Origin: Heptranchias perlo
Taxonomy: Eukaryota
Direction of reading: 5' to 3'
Assembly: GCF_035084215.1 (NCBI RefSeq)
Contig: NW_027139272.1
Span: 372,001 to 436,000 of the forward strand
Length of the DNA: 64,000 nt
Part shown: positions 24,101 through 39,100 of the stretch, piece by piece
How positions within the stretch are numbered: the first letter of the stretch is position 1
How the letters are laid out: each line of letters begins with the position of its first letter
Translations under genes and position numbers: made by a program
The notes under the pieces: model-generated
Databases searched by the model: none
What the model was told of the DNA's origin: nothing
The model's input: the letters and a program-made list of their open reading frames with translations, nothing else

Positions 24101-27100
24101 GTAAACACCAATAGATATACCGCAATACACTCTCCCGGTAAACACCGATAGATATACCGCAATACACTCTCCCGGTAAACACCAATAGATATACCGCAAT
24201 ACACCCTCCCGGTAAACACCAATAGGTATACCGCAATACACTCTCCCAGTAAACACCGATAGATATACCGCAATACACTCTCCCGCTAAACACCGATAGA
24301 TATACAGCAATACACTCTACCGGTAAACACCGATAGATATACCGCAATACACTCTCCCGGTAAACACCGATAGATATACCGCAATACACTCTCCCGGTAC
24401 GCACCAATAGATATACCGCAATACACCCTCCCGGTAAACACCAATAGATATACCACAATACACTCTCCCGGTAAACACCAATAGTTAAACCGCAATACAC
24501 TCTCCTAGTAAGCACCGATAGATATACCATAAACCTCTCCCCTGGTAAACACTGGTAGATTTACCATAAACCTCTCCCCTGGTAAACACTGGTAGATTTA
24601 CCAAAAACCTCTCCCCTGGTAAAAACCAGTAGATTTACCATAAACCTCTCCCCTGGTGAACACTGATAGGTTTATCCTAATGCCCTCTCTCGGTAAACAC
24701 CGATAGATTCTAATCCCCTTTCTCGGTAAACACCGATAGATTTACCCTAATCCCCTCTCTCGGTAAACACTGATAGTTTTACCCTAATCCCCTCTCTCGG
24801 TAAACACTGATAGTTTTACCCTAATCCCCTCTCTCGGTAAACACCGATAGATTTACCCTAATCCCCTCTCTCGGTAAACATTGATAGATTTACCCTAATC
24901 CCCTCTCTCGGTAAACACCGATAGATTGACCCTAATCCCCTCTCTCCTGGTAAACACCGATAGATTTACCCCAATCCCCTCTCTCGGTAAACGCCGATAG
25001 ATTTACCCGAATCCCCTCTCTCCTGGTAAACACCGATAGATTTACCCTAACCCCCTCTCTCGGTAACACCGATAGATTTACCCTAATCCCCTCTCTCGGT
25101 AACATCGATAGATTTACCCTAATCCCCTCTCTCGGTAAACACCGATAGATTTACCCTAATCCCCTCTCTCCTGGGAAACACCGATAGATTTACCCTAATC
25201 CCCTCTCTCCTGGTAAACACCGATACATTTACCGCAATCCCCTCTCTCGGTAAACACCGATAGATTTACCCTAATCCCCTCTCTCCTGGTGAACACCGAT
25301 TGATTTACCCCAATCCCCTCTCTCGGTAAACACTGATAGATTTACCCGAATCCCCTCTCTCGGTAAACACCGATAGATTTACCCTAATCCCCTCTCTCGG
25401 TAAACACTGATAGATTTACCTTAATCCCCTCTCTCCTGGTAAACACCGATAGATTTACCCTAATCCCCTCTCTCGGTAAACACCGATAGATTTACCCTGA
25501 TCCCCTCTCTCGGTAAACACCGATAGATTTACCCGAATCCCCTCTCTCCTGTTAAACACCGATAGATTTACCCGAATCCCCTCTCTCGGTAAACACCGAT
25601 AGATTTACCCTAATCCCCTCTCTCCTGGTAAACACCGATAGATTTACCCTCATCCCCTCTCTCCTGGTGAACACCGATAGATTTACCCTAATCCCCTCTC
25701 TCGGTAACACCGATAAATTTACCCTAATCCCCTCTCTCGGTAACATCGATAGATTTACCCTAATCCCCTCTCTCGGTAAACACCGATAGATTTACCCTAA
25801 TCCCCTCTCTCCTGGTAAACACCGACAGATTTACCCTAATCCCCTCTCTCCTGGTAAACACCGATACATTTACCGCAATCCCCTCTCTCGGTAAACACCG
25901 ATAGATTTACCCTAATCCCCTCTCTCCTGGTGAACACCGATTGATTTACCCCAATCCCCTCTCTCGGTAAACACCGATAGATTTACCTTAATCCCCTCTC
26001 TCGGTAAACACTGATAGATTTACCTTAATCCCCTCTCTCCTGGTAAACACCGATAGATTTACCCTAATCCCCTCTCTCGGTAAACACCGATAGATTCACC
26101 CTGATCCCCTCTCTCGGTAAACACCGATAGATTTACCCTAATCCCCTCTCTCCTGGTAAACACCGATAGATTTACCCTAATCCCCTCTCTCGGTAAACAC
26201 CGATAGATTTACCCTAATCCCCTCTCTCGGTAAACACCGATAGATTTACCCTAATCCCCTCTCTCCTGGTGAACACCGATAGATTTACCCTAATCCCCTC
26301 TCTTGGTAAACACCGATAGATTTACCCTCATCCCCTCTCTCCTGGTGAACACCGATAGATTTACCCTAATCCCCTCTCTCGGTAAACACCGATAGATTTA
26401 CCCTAATCCCCTCTCTCCTGGTGAACACCGATAGATTGACCCTAATCCCCTCTCTCTCGGTAAACACTGATAGATTTACCCTCATCCCCTCTCTCCTGGT
26501 GAACACCGATAGATTTACCCTAATCCCCTCTCTCGGTGAACACCGATAGATTTACCCTAATCCCCTCTCTCCTGGTGAACACCGATAGATTTACCCTAAT
26601 CCCCTCTCTCCTGGTAAACACCGATAGATTTACCCTAATCCCCTCTCTCCTGGTGAACACCGATAGATTTACCCTAATCCCCTCTCTCGGTAAACACCGA
26701 TAGATTTACCCTAATCCCCTCTCTCGGTGAACACCGATAGATTTACCCTAATCCCCTCTCTCCTGGTAAACACCGATAGATTTACCCCAATCCCCTCTCT
26801 CCTGGTAAACACTGATAGATTTACCCTAATCCCCTCTCTCGGTAAACACCGATAGATTTAACCTCATCCCCTCTCTCCTGGTGAACACCGATAGATTTAC
26901 CCTAATCCCCTCTCTCGGTAAACACCGATAGATTTACCCGAATCCCCTCTCTCGGTAAACACCGATAGATTTACCCTAATCCCCTCTCTCGGTGAACACT
27001 GATAGATTTACCCTAATCCCCTCTCTCGGTAAACACCGATAGATTTACCCTGATCCCCTCTCTCGGTAAACACTGATAGATTTACCCTAATCCCCTCTCT

Positions 27101-30100
27101 CGGTAAACACCGATAGATTTACCCTGATCCCCTCTCTCGGTAAACACTGATAGATTTACCCTAATCCCCTCTCTCCTGGTAAACACCGATAGATTTACCC
27201 TAATCCCCTCTCTCAGTTAACACCGATAGATTTACCCTAATCCCCTCTCTCCTGGTAAACACCGATAGATTTACCCTAATCCCCTCTCTCGGTAAACACC
27301 GATAGATTTACCCTAATCCCCTCTCTCAGTTAACACCGATAGATTTACCCGAATCCCCTCTCTCGGTAAACACCGATAGATTTACCCGAATCCCCTCTCT
27401 CGGTAAACACCGATAGATTTACCGCAATACACTCTCCCGGTAAACACCGATAGATATACCGCAATACACTCTCCCGGTAAACACCAATAGATATACCGCA
27501 ATACACTCTCCCGGTAAACACCGATAGATATACCGCAATACACTCTCCCGGTAAACACCGATAGATATACCGCAATACACTCTCCCGGTATACACCGATA
27601 GATATACCGCAATACACTCTCCCGGTAAACACCAATAGATATACCACAATACACCCTCCCGGTAAACACCGATAGATAAACCGCAATACACTCTCCCGGT
27701 AAACACCAATAGATATACCGCAATACACTCTCCCGGTAAACACAGATAGATATACCGCAATACACTCTCCCGGTAAACACCAATAGATATACCGCAATAC
27801 ACTCTCCCGGTAAACACCGATAGATATACCGCAATACACTCTACCGGTAAACACCGATAGATATACCGCAATACACTCTCCCGGTAAACACCGATAGATA
27901 TCCCGCAATACACTCTCCCGGTAAACACCGATAGATATACCGCAATACACTCTCCCGGTAAACACCGATAGATATACCGCAATACACTCTCCCGGTAAAC
28001 ACCGATAGATATACCGCAATACACTCTCCCGGTAAACACCGATAGATATACCGCAATACACTCTCCCGGTAAACACCAATAGATATACCACAATACACCC
28101 TCCCGGTAAACACCGATAGATAAACCGCAATACACTCTCCCGGTAAACACCAATAGATAAACCGCAATACACTCTCCTAGTAAGCACCGATAGATATACC
28201 ATAAACCTCTCCCCTGGTAAACACTGGTAGATTTACCATAAACCTCTCCCCTGGTAAACACTGGTAGATTTACCATAAACCTCTCCCCTGGTAAACACCA
28301 GTAGATTTACCATAAACCACTCCCCTGGTAAACACCAGTAGATTTACCATAAACCTCTCCCCTGGTAAACACCAGTACATTTACCATAAACCTCTCCCCT
28401 GGTGAACACTGATAGATTTACCCTAATCCCCTTTCTCAGTCAACACCGATAGATTTACCATAACCCCCTCTCCTGGTAAACACCGATAGATTTACCCGAA
28501 TCCCCTCTCTCGGTAAACACCGATAGATTTACCGCAATACACTCTCCCGGTAAACACCGATAGATATACCGCAATACACTCTCCCGGTAAACACCAATAG
28601 ATATACCGCAATACACTCTCCCGGTAAACACCGATAGATATACCGCAATACACTCTCCCGGTAAACACCGATAGATATACCGCAATACACTCTCCCGGTA
28701 AACACCAATAGATATACCGCAATACACTCTCCCGGTAAACACCGATAGATATACCGCAATACACTCTCCCGGTAAACACCGATAGATATACCGCAATACA
28801 CTCTCCCGGTAAACACCAATAGATATACCGCAATACACTCTCCCGGTAAACACCGATAGATATACCGCAATACACTCTCCCGGTATACACCGATAGATAT
28901 ACCGCAATACACTCTCCCGGTAAACACCAATAGATATACCACAATACACCCTCCCGGTAAACACCGATAGATAAACCGCAATACACTCTCCCGGTAAACA
29001 CCAATAGATATACCGCAATACACTCTCCCGGTAAACACAGATAGATATACCGCAATACACTCTCCCGGTAAACACCAATAGATATACCGCAATACACTCT
29101 CCCGGTAAACACCGATAGATATACCGCAATACACTCTCCCGGTAAACACCGATAGATATACCGCAATACACTCTCCCGGTAAACACCGATAGATATACCG
29201 CAATACACTCTCCCGGTAAACACCAATAGATATACCGCAATACACTCTCCCGGTAAACACCGATAGATATACCGCAATACACTCTCCCGGTAAACACCGA
29301 TAGATATACCGCAATACACTCTCCCGGTAAACACCGATAGATATACCACAATACACTCTCCCGGTAAACACCAATAGATATACCACAATACACCCTCCCG
29401 GTAAACACCGATAGATAAACCGCAATATACTCTCCCGGTAAACACCAATAGATAAACCGCAATACACTCTCCTAGTAAGCACCGATAGATATACCATAAA
29501 CCTCTCCCCTGGTAAACACTGGTAGATTTACCATAAACCTCTCCCCTGGTAAACACTGGTAGATTTACCATAAACCTCTCCCCTGGTAAACACCAGTAGA
29601 TTTACCATAAACCACTCCCCTGGTAAACACCAGTAGATTTACCATAAACCTCTCCCCTGGTAAACACCAGTACATTTACCATAAACCTCTCCCCTGGTGA
29701 ACACTGATAGATTTACCCTAATCCCCTTTCTCAGTCAACACCGATAGATTTACCATAACCCCCTCTCCTGGTAAACACCGATAGATTTACCCGAATCCCC
29801 TCTCTCGGTAAACACCGATAGATTTACCGCAATAAACTCTCCCGGTAAACACCGATAGATATACCGCAATACACTCTCCCGGTAAACACCAATAGATATA
29901 CCGCAATACACTCTCCCGGTAAACACCGATAGATATACCGCAATACACTCTCCCGGTAAACACCGATAGATATACCGCAATACACTCTCCGGGTATACAC
30001 CGATAGATATACCGCAATACACTCTCCCGGTAAACACCAATAGATATACCACAATACACCCTCCCGGTAAACACCGATAGATAAACCGCAATACACTCTC

Positions 30101-33100
30101 CCGGTAAACACCAATAGATAAACCGCAATACACTCTCCGAGTAAGCACTGATAGATATACCATAAACCTCTCCCCTGGTAAACACTGGTAGATTTACCAT
30201 AAACCTCTCCCCTGGTAAACACTGGTAGATTTACCATAAACCTCTCCCCTGGTAAACACTGGTAGATTTACCATAAACCTCTCCCCTGGTAAACACTGGC
30301 AGATTTACCATAAACCTCTCCCCTGGTAAACACCAGTAGATTTACCATAAACCTCTCCCCTGGTAAACACCAGTAGATTTACCATAAACCTCTCCCCTGG
30401 TAAACACCAGTAGATTTACCATAAACCTCTCCCCTGGTGAACACTGATAGATTTACCCTAATCCCCTTTCTCAGTCAACACCGATAGATTTACCATAACC
30501 CCGTCTCCTGGTAAACACCGATAGATTTACCCGAATCCCCTCTCTCGGTAAACACCGATAGATTTACCGCAATACACTCTCCCGGTAAACACCGATAGAT
30601 ATACCGCAATACACTCTCCCGGTAAACACCAATAGATATACCGCAATACACTCTCCCGGTAAACACCGATAGATATACCGCAATACACTCTCCCGGTAAA
30701 CACCGATAGATATACCGCAATACACTCTCCCGGTAAACACCGATAGATATACCACAATACACTCTCCCGGTAAACACCAATAGATATACCACAATACACC
30801 CTCCCGGTAAACACCGATAGATAAACCGCAATACACTCTCCCGGTAAACACCAATAGATAAACCGCAATACACTCTCCTAGTAAGCACCGATAGATATAC
30901 CATAAACCTCTCCCCTGGTAAACACCAGTAGATTTACCATAAACCTCTCCCCTGGTAAACACCAGTAGATTTACCATAAACCTCTCCCCTGGTGAACACT
31001 GATAGATTTACCCTAATCCCCTTTCTCGGTCAACACCGATAGATTTACCATAACCCCCTCTCCTGGTAAACACCGATAGATTTACCCTAATCCCCTCTCT
31101 CGGTGAACACCGATAGATTTACCCTAATCCCCTCTCTCCTGGTGAACACCGATAGTTTTACCCTAATCCCCTCTCTCCTGGTAAACACCGATAGATTTAC
31201 CCTAATCCCCTCTCTCCTGGTGAACACCGATAGATTTACCCTAATCCCCTCTCTCGGTAAACACCGATAGATTTACCCTAATCCCCTCTCTCGGTGAACA
31301 CCGATAGATTTACCCTAATCCCCTCTCTCCTGGTAAACACCGATAGATTTACCCCAATCCCCTCTCTCCTGGTAAACACTGATAGATTTACCCTAATCCC
31401 CTCTCTCGGTAAACACCGATAGATTTAACCTCATCCCCTCTCTCCTGGTGAACACCGATAGATTTACCCTAATCCCCTCTCTCGGTAAACACCGATAGAT
31501 TTACCCTAATCCCCTCTCTCGGTAAACACCGATAGATTTACCCTAATCCCCTCTCTCGGTGAACACTGATAGATTTACCCTAATCCCCTCTCTCGGTAAA
31601 CACCGATAGATTTACCCTGATCCCCTCTCTCGGTAAACACTGATAGATTTACCCTAATCCCCTCTCTCGGTAAACACCGATAGATTTACCCTGATCCCCT
31701 CTCTCGGTAAACACTGATAGATTTACCCTAATCCCCTCTCTCCTGGTAAACACCGATAGATTTACCCTAATCCACTCTCTCAGTTAACACCGATAGATTT
31801 ACCCTAATCCCCTCTCTCCTGGTAAACACCGATAGATTTACCCGATTCCCCTCTCTCGGTAAACACCGATAGATTTACCCTAATCCCCTCTCTCAGTTAA
31901 CACCGATAGATTTACCCGAATCCCCTCTCTCGGTAAACACCGATAGATTTACCAGAATCCCCTCTCTCGGTAAACACCGATAGATTTACCGCAATACACT
32001 CTCCCGGTAAACACCGATAGATATACCGCAATACACTCTCCCGGTAAACACCAATAGATATACCGCAATACACTCTCCCGGTAAACACAGATAGATATAC
32101 CGCAATACACTCTCCCGGTAAACACCAATAGATATACCGCAATACACTCTCCCGGTAAACACCGATAGATATACCGCAATACACTCTCCCGGTAAACACC
32201 GATAGATATACCGCAATACACTCTCCCGGTAAACACCGATAGATATACCGCAATACACTCTCCCGGTAAACACCAATAGATATACCGCAATACACTCTCC
32301 CGGTAAACACCGATAGATATACCGCAATACACTCTCCCGGTAAACACCGATAGATATACCGCAATACACTCTCCCGGTAAACACCGATAGATATACCACA
32401 ATACACTCTCCCGGTAAACACCAATAGATATACCACAATACACCCTCCCGGTAAACACCGATAGATAAACCGCATTACACTCTCCCGGTAAACACCAATA
32501 GATAAACCGCAATACACTCTCCTAGTAAGCACCGATAGATATACCATAAACCTCTCCCCTGGTAAACACTGGTAGATTTACCATAAACCTCTCCCCTGGT
32601 AAACACTGGTAGATTTACCATAAACCTCTCCCCTGGTAAACACCAGTAGATTTACCATAAACCTCTCCCCTGGTAAACACCAGTAGATTTACCATAAACC
32701 TCTCCCCTGGTAAACACCAGTAGATTTACCATAAACCTCTCCCCTGGTGAACACTGATAGATTTACCCTAATCCCCTTTCTCGGTCAACACCGATAGATT
32801 TACCATAACCCCCTCTCCTGGTAAACACCGATAGATTTACCCGAATCCCCTCTCTCGGTAAACACCGATAGATTTACCGCAATACACTCTCCCGGTAAAC
32901 ACCGATAGATATACCGCAATACACTCTCCCGGTAAACACCAATAGATATACCGCAATACACTCTCCCGGTAAACACCGATAGATATACCGCAATACACTC
33001 TCCCGGTAAACACCGATAGATATACCGCAATACACTCTCCCGGTATACACCGATAGATATACCGCAATACACTCTCCCGGTAAACACCAATAGATATACC

Positions 33101-36100
33101 ACAATACACCCTCCCGGTAAACACCGATAGATAAACCGCAATACACTCTCCCGGTAAACACCAATAGATATACCGCAATACACTCTCCCGGTAAACACAG
33201 ATAGATATACCGCAATACACTCTCCCGGTAAACACCAATAGATATACCGCAATACACTCTCCCGGTAAACACTGATAGATATACCGCAATACACTCTCCC
33301 GGTAAACACCGATAGATATACCGCAATACACTCTCCCGGTAAACACCGATAGATATACCGCAATACACTCTCCCGGTAAACACCAATAGATATACCGCAA
33401 TACACTCTCCCGGTAAACACCGATAGATATACCGCAATACACTCTCCCGGTAAACACCGATAGATATACCGCAATACACTCTCCCGGTAAACACCGATAG
33501 ATATACCACAATACACTCTCCCGGTAAACACCAATAGATATACCACAATACACCCTCCCGGTAAACACCGATAGATAAACCGCAATACACTCTCCCGGTA
33601 AACACCAATAGATAAACCGCAATACACTCTCCTAGTAAGCACCGATAGATATACCATAAACCTCTCCCCTGGTAAACACTGGTAGATTTACCATAAACCT
33701 CTCCCCTGGTAAACACTGGTAGATTTACCATAAACCTCTCCCCTGGTAAACACCAGTAGATTTACCATAAACCACTCCCCTGGTAAACACCAGTAGATTT
33801 ACCATAAACCTCTCCCCTGGTAAACACCAGTACATTTACCATAAACCTCTCCCCTGGTGAACACTGATAGATTTACCCTAATCCCCTTTCTCAGTCAACA
33901 CCGATAGATTTACCATAACCCCCTCTCCTGGTAAACACCGATAGATTTACCCGAATCCCCTCTCTCGGTAAACACCGATAGATTTACCGCAATACACTCT
34001 CCCGGTAAACACCGATAGATATACCGCAATACACTCTCCCGGTAAACACCAATAGATATACCGCAATACACTCTCCCGGTAAACACCGATAGATATACCG
34101 CAATACACTCTCCCGGTAAACACCAATAGATATACCACAATACACCCTCCCGGTAAACACCGATAGATAAACCGCAATACACTCTCCCGGTAAACACCAA
34201 TAGATATACCGCAATACACTCTCCCGGTAAACACAGATAGATATACCGCAATACACTCTCCCGGTAAACACCAATAGATATACCGCAATACACTCTCCCG
34301 GTAAACACCGATAGATATACCGCAATACACTCTCCCGGTAAACACCGATAGATATACCGCAATACACTCTCCCGGTAAACACCGATAGATATACCGCAAT
34401 ACACTCTCCCGGTAAACACCGATAGATATACCGCAATACACTCTCCCGGTAAACACCGATAGATATACCGCAATACACTCTCCCGGTAAACACCGATAGA
34501 TATACCGCAATGCACTCTCCCGGTAAACACCGATAGATATACCACAATACACTCTCCCGGTAAACACCAATAGATATACCACAATACACCCTCCCGGTAA
34601 ACACCGATAGATAAACCGCAATACACTCTCCCGGTAAACACCAATAGATAAACCGCAATACACTCTCCTAGTAAGCACCGATAGATATACCATAAACCTC
34701 TCCCCTGGTAAACACTGGTAGATTTACCATAAACCTCTCCCCTGGTAAACACTGGTAGATTTACCATAAACCTCTCCCCTGGTAAACACCAGTAGATTTA
34801 CCATAAACCACTCCCCTGGTAAACACCAGTAGATTTACCATAAACCTCTCCCCTGGTAAACACCAGTACATTTACCATAAACCTCTCCCCTGGTGAACAC
34901 TGATAGATTTACCCTAATCCCCTTTCTCAGTCAACACCGATAGATTTACCATAACCCCCTCTCCTGGTAAACACCGATAGATTTACCCGAATCCCCTCTC
35001 TCGGTAAACACCGATAGATTTACCGCAATACACTCTCCCGGTAAACACCGATAGATATACCGCAATACACTCTCCCGGTAAACACCAATAGATATACCGC
35101 AATACACTCTCCCGGTAAACACCGATAGATATACCGCAATACACTCTCCCGGTAAACACCGATAGATATACCGCAATACACTCTCCGGGTATACACCGAT
35201 AGATATACCGCAATACACTCTCCCGGTAAACACCAATAGATATACCACAATACACCCTCCCGGTAAACACCGATAGATAAACCGCAATACACTCTCCCGG
35301 TAAACACCAATAGATAAACCGCAATACACTCTCCGAGTAAGCACTGATAGATATACCATAAACCTCTCCCCTGGTAAACACTGGTAGATTTACCATAAAC
35401 CTCTCCCCTGGTAAACACTGGTAGATTTACCATAAACCTCTCCCCTGGTAAACACTGGTAGATTTACCATAAACCTCTCCCCTGGTAAACACTGGCAGAT
35501 TTACCATAAACCTCTCCCCTGGTAAACACCAGTAGATTTACCATAAACCTCTCCCCTGGTAAACACCAGTAGATTTACCATAAACCTCTCCCCTGGTAAA
35601 CACCAGTAGATTTACCATAAACCTCTCCCCTGGTGAACACTGATAGATTTACCCTAATCCCCTTTCTCAGTCAACACCGATAGATTTACCATAACCCCGT
35701 CTCCTGGTAAACACCGATAGATTTACCCGAATCCCCTCTCTCGGTAAACACCGATAGATTTACCGCAATACACTCTCCCGGTAAACACCGATAGATATAC
35801 CGCAATACACTCTCCCGGTAAACACCAATAGATATACCGCAATACACTCTCCCGGTAAACACCGATAGATATACCGCAATACACTCTCCCGGTAAACACC
35901 GATAGATATACCGCAATACACTCTCCCGGTAAACACCGATAGATATACCACAATACACTCTCCCGGTAAACACCAATAGATATACCACAATACACCCTCC
36001 CGGTAAACACCGTTAGATAAACCGCAATACACTCTCCCGGTAAACACCAATAGATAAACCGCAATACACTCTCCTAGTAAGCACCGATAGATATACCATA

Positions 36101-39100
36101 AACCTCTCCCCTGGTAAACACTGGTAGATTTAGCATAAACCTCTCCCCTGGTAAACACTGGTAGATTTACCATAAATCTCTCCCCTGGTAAACACCAGTA
36201 GATTTACCATAAACCTCTCCCCTGGTAAACACCAGTAGATTTACTATAAACCTCTCCCCTGGTAAACACCAGTAGATTTACCATAAACCTCTCCCCTGGT
36301 GAACACTGATAGATTTACCCTAATCCCCTTTCTCGGTCAACACCGATAGATTTACCATAACCCCCTCTCCTGGTAAACACCGATAGATTTACCCTAATCC
36401 CCTCTCTCGGTGAACACCGATAGATTTACCCTAATCCCCTCTCTCCTGGTGAACACCGATAGATTTACCCTAATCCCCTCTCTCCTGGTAAACACCGATA
36501 GATTTACCCTAATCCCCCCTCTCCTGGTGTACACCGATAGATTTACCCTAATCCCCTCTCTCGGTAAACACCGATAGATTTACCCTAATCCCCTCTCTCG
36601 GTGAACACCGATAGATTTACCCTAATCCCCTCTCTCCTGGTAAACACCGATAGATTTACCCCAATCCCCTCTCTCCTGGTAAACACTGATAGATTTACCC
36701 TAATCCCCTCTCTCGGTAAACACCGATAGATTTAACCTCATCCCCTCTCTCCTGGTGAACACCGATAGATTTACCCTAATCCCCTCTCTCGGTAAACACC
36801 GATAGATTTACCCTAATCCCCTCTCTCGGTAAACACCGATAGATTTACCCTAATCCCCTCTCTCGGTGAACACTGATAGATTTACCCTAATCCCCTCTCG
36901 CGGTAAACACCGATAGATTTACCCTGATCCCCTCTCTCGGTAAACACTGATAGATTTACCCTAATCCCCTCTCTCGGTAAACACCGATAGATTTACCCTG
37001 ATCCCCTCTCTCGGTAAACACTGATAGATTTACCCTAATCCCCTCTCTCCTGGTAAACACCGATAGATTTACCCTAATCCCCTCTCTCAGTTAACACCGA
37101 TAGATTTACCCTAATCCCCTCTCTCCTGGTAAACACCGATAGATTTACCCTAATCCCCTCTCTCGGTAAACACCGATAGATTTACCCTAATCCCCTCTCT
37201 CAGTTAACACCGATAGATTTACCCGAATCCCCTCTCTCGGTAAACACCGATAGATTTACCAGAATCCCCTCTCTCGGTAAACACCGATAGATTTACCGCA
37301 ATACACTCTCCCGGTAAACACCGATAGATATACCGCAATACACTCTCCCGGTAAACACCAATAGATATACCGCAATACACTCTCCCGGTAAACACAGATA
37401 GATATACCGCAATACACTCTCCCGGTAAACACCAATAGATATACCGCAATACACTCTCCCGGTAAACACCGATAGATATACCGCAATACACTCTCCCGGT
37501 AAACACCGATAGATATACCGCAATACACTCTCCCGGTAAACACCGATAGATATACCGCAATACACTCTCCCGGTAAACACCAATAGATATACCACAATAC
37601 ACTCTCCCGGTAAACACCGATAGATATACCGCAATACACTCTCCCGGTAAACACCGATAGATATACCGCAATACACTCTCCCGGTAAACACCGATAGATA
37701 TACCACAATACACTCTCCCGGTAAACACCAATAGATATACCACAATACACCCTCCCGGTAAACACCGATAGATAAACCGCAATACACTCTCCCGGTAAAC
37801 ACCAATAGATAAACCGCAATGCACTCTCCTAGTAAGCACCGATAGATATACCATAAACCTCTCCCCTGGTAAACACTGGTAGATTTACCATAAACCTCTC
37901 CCCTGGTAAACACTGGTAGATTTACCATAAACCTCTCCCCTGGTAAACACCAGTAGATTTACCATAAACCTCTCCCCTGGTAAACACCAGTAGATTTACC
38001 ATAAACCTCTCCCCTGGTAAACACCAGTAGATTTACCATAAACCTCTCCCCTGGTGAACACTGATAGATTTACCCTAATCCCCTTTCTCGGTCAACACCG
38101 ATAGATTTACCATAACCCCCTCTCCTGGTAAACACCGATAGATTTACCCGAATCCCCTCTCTCGGTAAACACCGATAGATTTACCGCAATACACTCTCCC
38201 GGTAAACACCGATAGATATACCGCAATACACTCTCCCGGTAAACACCAATAGATATACCGCAATACACTCTCCCGGTAAACACCGATAGATATACCGCAA
38301 TACACTCTCCCGGTAAACACCGATAGATATACCGCAATACACTCTCCCGGTATACACCGATAGATATACCGCAATACACTCTCCCGGTAAACACCAATAG
38401 ATATACCACAATACACCCTCCCGGTAAACACCGATAGATAAACCGCAATACACTCTCCCGGTAAACACCAATAGATATACCGCAATACACTCTCCCGGTA
38501 AACACAGATAGATATACCGCAATACACTCTCCCGGTAAACACCGATAGATATACCACAATACACTCTCCCGGTAAACACCGATAGATATACCGCAATACA
38601 CTCTCCCGGTAAACACCGATAGATATACCGCATTACACTCTCCCGGTAAACACCAATAGATATACCGCAATACACTCTCCCGGTAAACACCGATAGATAT
38701 ACCGCAATACACTCTCCCGGTAAACACCGATAGATATACCGCAATACACTCTCCCGGTAAACACCGATAGATATACCACAATACACTCTCCCGGTAAACA
38801 CCAATAGATATACCACAATACACCCTCCCGGTAAACACCGATAGATAAACCGCAATACACTCTCCCGGTAAACACCAATAGATAAACCGCAATACACTCT
38901 CCTAGTAAGCACCGATAGATATACCATAAACCTCTCCCCTGGTAAACACTGGTAGATTTACCATAAACCTCTCCCCTGGTAAACACTGGTAGATTTACCA
39001 TAAACCTCTCCCCTGGTAAACACCAGTAGATTTACCATAAACCACTCCCCTGGTAAACACCAGTAGATTTACCATAGACATCTCCCCTGGTAAACACCAG